From the sequence record MK250028.1: a stretch of 64,000 bases of DNA, one strand, 5' to 3'. Positions 60,738 through 64,000 of this stretch are shown piece after piece. The notes beneath the pieces are model-generated. The model worked only from the letters and a program-made list of their open reading frames with translations. It made no database searches and was not told the DNA's origin. Position 1 is the stretch's first letter; the number at the start of each line of letters is the position of its first letter. A program made the translations under genes and the position numbers.

Positions 60738-61053
60738 TATTTTTTTGAAAAAAAGTTTCAAAAATGAGAGACTTTTGAAAAAAATTTAGATATATATAAT
60801 AAAGAAATAATTTTTAAAAACAAAAAAACTATGAAGCAATTTAATAACATATATAAAAATAACGTTGATATTTATGCCGATTCATTTAATTGGTATGAAC
60901 AAGATTGTTATGCAGATATGTTACGAGATATTGTGATTAGTTAATACGTTTATAAATAAAGAAATAATAGTAAAACTATTAATATATTTTAAATCTTGAA
61001 ACATTCTGCAATAAACAGAGAGTTTCAAGATTTTTTTCATTTATTATAGAAAT

Positions 61054-61144
61054 ACACAGATGTGCGAGTGGTTGATGCAGTTGGTCTCCAAAACCAATAA
61101 CGGTATATATGTACTGTTCGAGGGTTCGAATCCTTCTCTGTGTG
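61054..61144 (+). tRNA. Type II (Ser-like, long variable arm) tRNA with anticodon CCA (Trp)
   Basis: 7-bp acceptor ACACAGA/TCTGTGT, TGC/GCA D-stem, TTGGT-CTCCAAA-ACCAA, 7-8-bp variable stem, TTCGAAT T-loop, G73. Confidence 0.85.
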
Positions 61145-61336
61145 CAAATTAAAAATTTATACAAATAAAATAAGAATAATATGACAAAGTTAATACGACA
61201 TATACATAAGCATCGAATACAGTTATAAATTGTTGATCTTATATTATACATTATTATATATAGGATTGACATAAGAAATCATGTTCCTATATGTTTAATG
61301 ATATATTGTTGTATTATATTTAGGAACACTCCATAG

Positions 61337-61411
61337 TGGGGTGTAACTCAACGGTCAGAGTGGTATTCTTATTAAGAATACTGGTAGTGGGTTCAACTCC
61401 CACCACCCCAA
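61337..61411 (+). tRNA. Atypical tRNA with anticodon arm 2 nt longer than standard (central ATT); identity unclear
   Basis: TGGGGTG/CACCCCA acceptor, ACTC/GAGT D-stem, GTATTCTTATTAAGAATAC arm, GTGGG-TTCAACT-CCCAC T-arm, A73. Confidence 0.75.
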
Positions 61412-61436
61412 CTAAAAAATAAATTAAATTAGAAAA

Positions 61437-61685
61437 ATGGAAAAGATTAATTTAAAATCTTTAGTTAAGGGTACAGCAGACATTGTTTGTGTAAATTCAG
61501 GTGGTATTGTTGTTTATAACATTACATCAGATGATAATCATATATATTAGATAGAAATAGATTTATCAGATAAACATGATGTAGGTGAAACAGCAGCATT
61601 CTTACCACATTATGATAGAGCACTTATTCTTATGAGATGGATTAGACGTTCTATAGATAATGATACTATAATAAAGATTAAATAA
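61437..61685 (+). CDS. Hypothetical phage protein (82 aa)
   Basis: ATG to TAA with one TAG; C-terminal LMRWIRR. Confidence 0.7.
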
Positions 61686-61737
61686 AAATATTTTTGATTT
61701 TTTATCAGACAAATTTTTTTATTTGAAATATATTATG

Positions 61738-61785
61738 TATCTTTGTATTGTTAATAAAATAACAAACAAAAATTGTTCTTTGAAA
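61738..61785 (+). promoter_or_regulatory. Promoter P1 (-7 TATCTTTG) + boxA-like TGTTCTTTGAAA
   Basis: TATCTTTG at 61738-45; TGTTCTTTGAAA at 61774-85. Confidence 0.6.
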
Positions 61786-61858
61786 TATTGATAACAAAAT
61801 AAGAAAATAATTTTTTGAAAATTTTTCTTAGAATATTTTTTAATTCAAAATAAAGATG

Positions 61859-61897
61859 TATCTTTGAATTGTAATTAAAAAATAAAGTTCTTTGAAA
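61859..61897 (+). promoter_or_regulatory. Promoter P2 (-7 TATCTTTG) + boxA-like GTTCTTTGAAA
   Basis: TATCTTTG at 61859-66; GTTCTTTGAAA at 61887-97. Confidence 0.6.
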
Positions 61898-61921
61898 TTT
61901 TGATAGACAAATATAGAAATT

Positions 61922-62282
61922 ATTCATATAATATATGTTATGTTTAATGTTACTGAGAAGTTAATCAGATATAATATTGAACTTCAAATTTAAAAGTAAC
62001 TTCATAAATAATTTCATTATTGTTTATGTGAGGAAACAAACATAACTATATGAATTTATAATAATGATGCTGCCAAAGAAAAATATGATTGAAAAATATC
62101 AGGCTCTATATAAGATTTCTTATATTAGACTGCTTGTCCAAAGTGCATCAGGAGATATATATAGAATATTAAAGTCCTTTTAATATTGCTATTGCTTTCA
62201 AAAAGATATATCTCCACGAGCTGAATAGAACAAATGAACGACTCAAGCTAATGTTTGGTTATATACATAAATCTTATAAGAA
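61922..62282 (+). ncRNA. Candidate multi-stem structured ncRNA (~360 nt), family unknown
   Basis: Many nested complementary pairs (listed in findings); no credible ORF. Confidence 0.5.
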
Positions 62283-62339
62283 TAAGAAGTGTCACTGTAA
62301 CGGTCGGATGTGTAGTTAACTGACTTTAAAGTTATATTT

Positions 62340-62410
62340 GGGTATTTAGCTGGAAGGTCAAGCATCTGACTGTTAATCAGAAGACGTGGGTTCGATTCCC
62401 TCAGTACCCG
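62340..62410 (+). tRNA. tRNA-Asn(GTT)
   Basis: GGGTATT/AGTACCC acceptor, TCTGA-CTGTTAA-TCAGA, G73. Confidence 0.9.
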
Positions 62411-62526
62411 CAAGTTAAAAACATAACATTTTATATATGAAGGCTCGTACCTTTCAAATTCAGATGATACCGTCAAGGCGGAGATATATAATGTTTCTGA
62501 ATATGTTTTTTGATGATTGATTAAAT

Positions 62527-62687
62527 AATAACGTAGTTTAACGGTAAATGAAGTCTTACGTTAAAGTAAGGGTTAAATAATTTAAGAAATAAAAACAGCG
62601 CTATTTCTTTTATTTCTTAAAAAGAAGGGTTCATCACTGCGTATTGCAACTATGAAGTAAGGGAAGTGCAACTCCACCCTGTTAGTT
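62527..62687 (+). ncRNA. Degenerate tRNA-like element with long insert
   Basis: AATAACG/TGTTAGT ends, D-arm TAGTTTAACGGTAAAT, weak T-arm around TGCAACT. Confidence 0.3.
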
Positions 62688-62760
62688 ATTTAATCTTATT
62701 TTTAATTTAAATTAAATTTTTATTATAGTATACCACTTGTGAAAGCAGTATACTAGATTT

Positions 62761-62833
62761 AGATGGTTAACTCAGTGGTTAGAGTTCTCGGCTTACATCC
62801 GAGCTGTCAGGAGTTCGAATCTCTTACCATCTA
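62761..62833 (+). tRNA. tRNA-Val(TAC)
   Basis: AGATGGT/ACCATCT acceptor, CTCGG-CTTACAT-CCGAG, A73. Confidence 0.93.
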
Positions 62834-62843
62834 CCTTTTGGGT

Positions 62844-63048
62844 TTGTCTTTCGTATAGACATGGTATTACTATGGTCCTAAAGAAAAGAGAAGTAACGAG
62901 GTATGAAAATGAAATATAGATAAGGGGAAAGGAGCATTAACTGCGAGTGCAGTGTGCAAAATGGAACTGGAGTGAAAGATGATTAGTGAAGCGAAAATTG
63001 AAGTATGTATTGTAAGGATAAAGGTGTGTTCGAATCCATCAAGACAAC
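62844..63048 (+). ncRNA. tRNA-like RNA with a 135-nt purine-rich insert replacing the anticodon loop
   Basis: TTGTCTT/AAGACAA 7-bp stem, GTA/TAC D-like stem with GG, GTCCT/AGGAT helix, TTCGAAT T-loop. Confidence 0.45.
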
Positions 63049-63120
63049 TAATAAAAATATTTATAATTTAAATAGACTTTTATATGTTTATTCAATATAA
63101 ATATTGAATCATAAAATATG

Positions 63121-63330
63121 AAGATATTTATGTTTTATATATTGAGTATTTATGAATTGAGTCGTTAGAAGAATTTAATTTATAAATTATGTATGTAAAA
63201 ATTAAATAAATTCATATTTTTAAAAAGATAAGATTTAGATAATTATTTTTCTATATAGTTAATATATAGTTTTTAAGGTTAACTTCATATATATTATAAA
63301 ATTTATATATGTTATTAAGTTAAATATCTA
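63121..63330 (+). repeat. ~210-bp dispersed non-coding repeat, copy B
   Basis: Reverse complement of 14610-14819; ends AGATATTTA / TAAATATCT form a 9-bp inverted repeat. Confidence 0.9.
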
Positions 63331-63387
63331 AATATTGTTTTTAACTCAAAAGAATTTTATAGGGTATTATCTAAATCTCTATAAATT

Positions 63388-63461
63388 GGGGGTATAGCTC
63401 AGTTGGCTAGAGCATCTGCTTTGCACGCAGAGGGTCATGGTTTCGAGTACCATTATCTCCA
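63388..63461 (+). tRNA. tRNA-Ala(TGC)
   Basis: GGGGGTA/TATCTCC acceptor with G3:U70, TCTGC-TTTGCAC-GCAGA, A73. Confidence 0.93.
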
Positions 63462-63683
63462 CGCTAGGTGTGAAACATTACAGTAATAAGGATTAAACTA
63501 TATTATTAGACAATATACTTAATTACTTATTAAATAAATGAATTAAAGTAAACATGTAGAATATATTATTAAGTCTAAATATAAAATATATTTGAAGGCG
63601 TATGTTAATTTCATTCTGGTTAGAACCTATTTTAAATCCTATAGGTGAACGGGCAGCGGTGAATGTTTCAGGTAAAATTTAAT

Positions 63684-63783
63684 GAAATATATTATCCCAC
63701 AGGGCAAGGGCGTGCTATTAAAATACCGTAAAGCCGGTAAGCTATAAGAGTATTAAAAGGTTCAATTCCTTTTGTATATTTCA
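63684..63783 (+). ncRNA. tRNA-like element with over-long acceptor/T stack
   Basis: GAAATATAT/GTATATTTC stem, CCC/GGG D-like stem, AAAAGG-TTCAATT-CCTTTT T-arm; no canonical anticodon arm. Confidence 0.35.
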
Positions 63784-63791
63784 TTAATTTT

Positions 63792-63874
63792 GGGTGAGTG
63801 TCCCGAGTGGCAAAGGGGGCTGACTGTAAATCAGCTGTCATTTGACTTCGTAGGTTCGAGTCCTACCTCACCCA
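63792..63874 (+). tRNA. tRNA-Tyr(GTA)
   Basis: GGGTGAG/CTCACCC acceptor, GCTGA-CTGTAAA-TCAGC, variable arm, A73. Confidence 0.95.
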
Positions 63875-63879
63875 CAAAT

Positions 63880-64000
63880 ATGTCAGAATTAAAAGAATAT
63901 ATATGTGAATCTTGTAATAAAAAGTTTTATTCTACTAAGACTTTTAGAAAAGATAGACATATAAAATGTGATGAATGCAAACAAAAACGTAAACATTCTA
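63880..64000 (+). CDS. Partial zinc-ribbon protein, possibly a homing endonuclease N-terminus
   Basis: MSELKEYICESCNKKF..IKCDECK; runs off the right edge. Confidence 0.5.
   Translation, partial: MSELKEYICESCNKKFYSTKTFRKDRHIKCDECKQKRKHS

Noticed and set aside
61054-61144. Selenocysteine tRNA
   Set aside because: The anticodon is CCA, not TCA, and the fold is 7/5 with a 3-bp D-stem rather than the 8/5 fold with an extended D-stem.
382-62476. Many short track ORFs antisense to or overlapping real genes (e.g. 382..591, 3254..3511, 17106..17411, 18138..18446, 21150..21479, 48023..48388, 62243..62476)
   Set aside because: Shadow frames of longer code-15 genes or of RNA genes, with no motif support.
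62870-62885. Amber suppressor tRNA (CTA seen in GGTCCTAAAG)
   Set aside because: No 5-bp stem with a 7-nt loop forms around this CTA; no suppressor tRNA could be supported anywhere in the window.
61900-63790. Canonical tmRNA to accompany smpB
   Set aside because: No GGGG..G3:U70 Ala acceptor enclosing a tag frame; the only G3:U70 stem is the ordinary tRNA-Ala.
1-64000. TGA also recoded
   Set aside because: TGA ends several genes at sensible points (4068 in an ATGA overlap, 12012, 12766, 28258, 37356, 47536) and never interrupts a recognisable domain.

Overview
AT-rich fragment of a T4-like (myovirus) megaphage genome, most similar in style to Lak-type phages of Bacteroidota/Prevotella. The taxonomic call is inference from gene content and repeated TAnnTTTG promoters. 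The genome uses genetic code 15 (TAG = Gln): the fragmented ORF track joins into full genes when TAG is read through, and genes end in TAA or TGA. Genes left of an N-gap (30703-30993) are mostly on the minus strand: gp15-like tail completion protein, a 2066-aa protein, a holin-like protein, an acidic scaffold-like protein, a nucleotidyltransferase, a vWA-metallopeptidase plus MoxR-type AAA pair, ClpX, TnpB and a UvsY-like gene. Genes to the right are mostly on the plus strand: gp5-like hub, NrdG, gp47/gp46, PD-(D/E)XK nuclease, M15 endolysin, primase, tail sheath, homing endonuclease, SmpB, nucleotide enzymes and a tRNA/ncRNA cluster. Top finding: a transposase-free, catalytically intact TnpB sits between two copies of the last 54 bp of the uvsY-like gene that differ only at synonymous positions. 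This is the layout expected of an RNA-guided, self-immune homing cassette. Other notable items are a Ser-type tRNA body carrying a Trp anticodon, a tRNA with an extended anticodon arm, tRNA-like and structured ncRNAs, a shared (L/I/V)xE propeptide-like motif, and a 210-bp dispersed repeat. All calls are by eye; no database searches were run.
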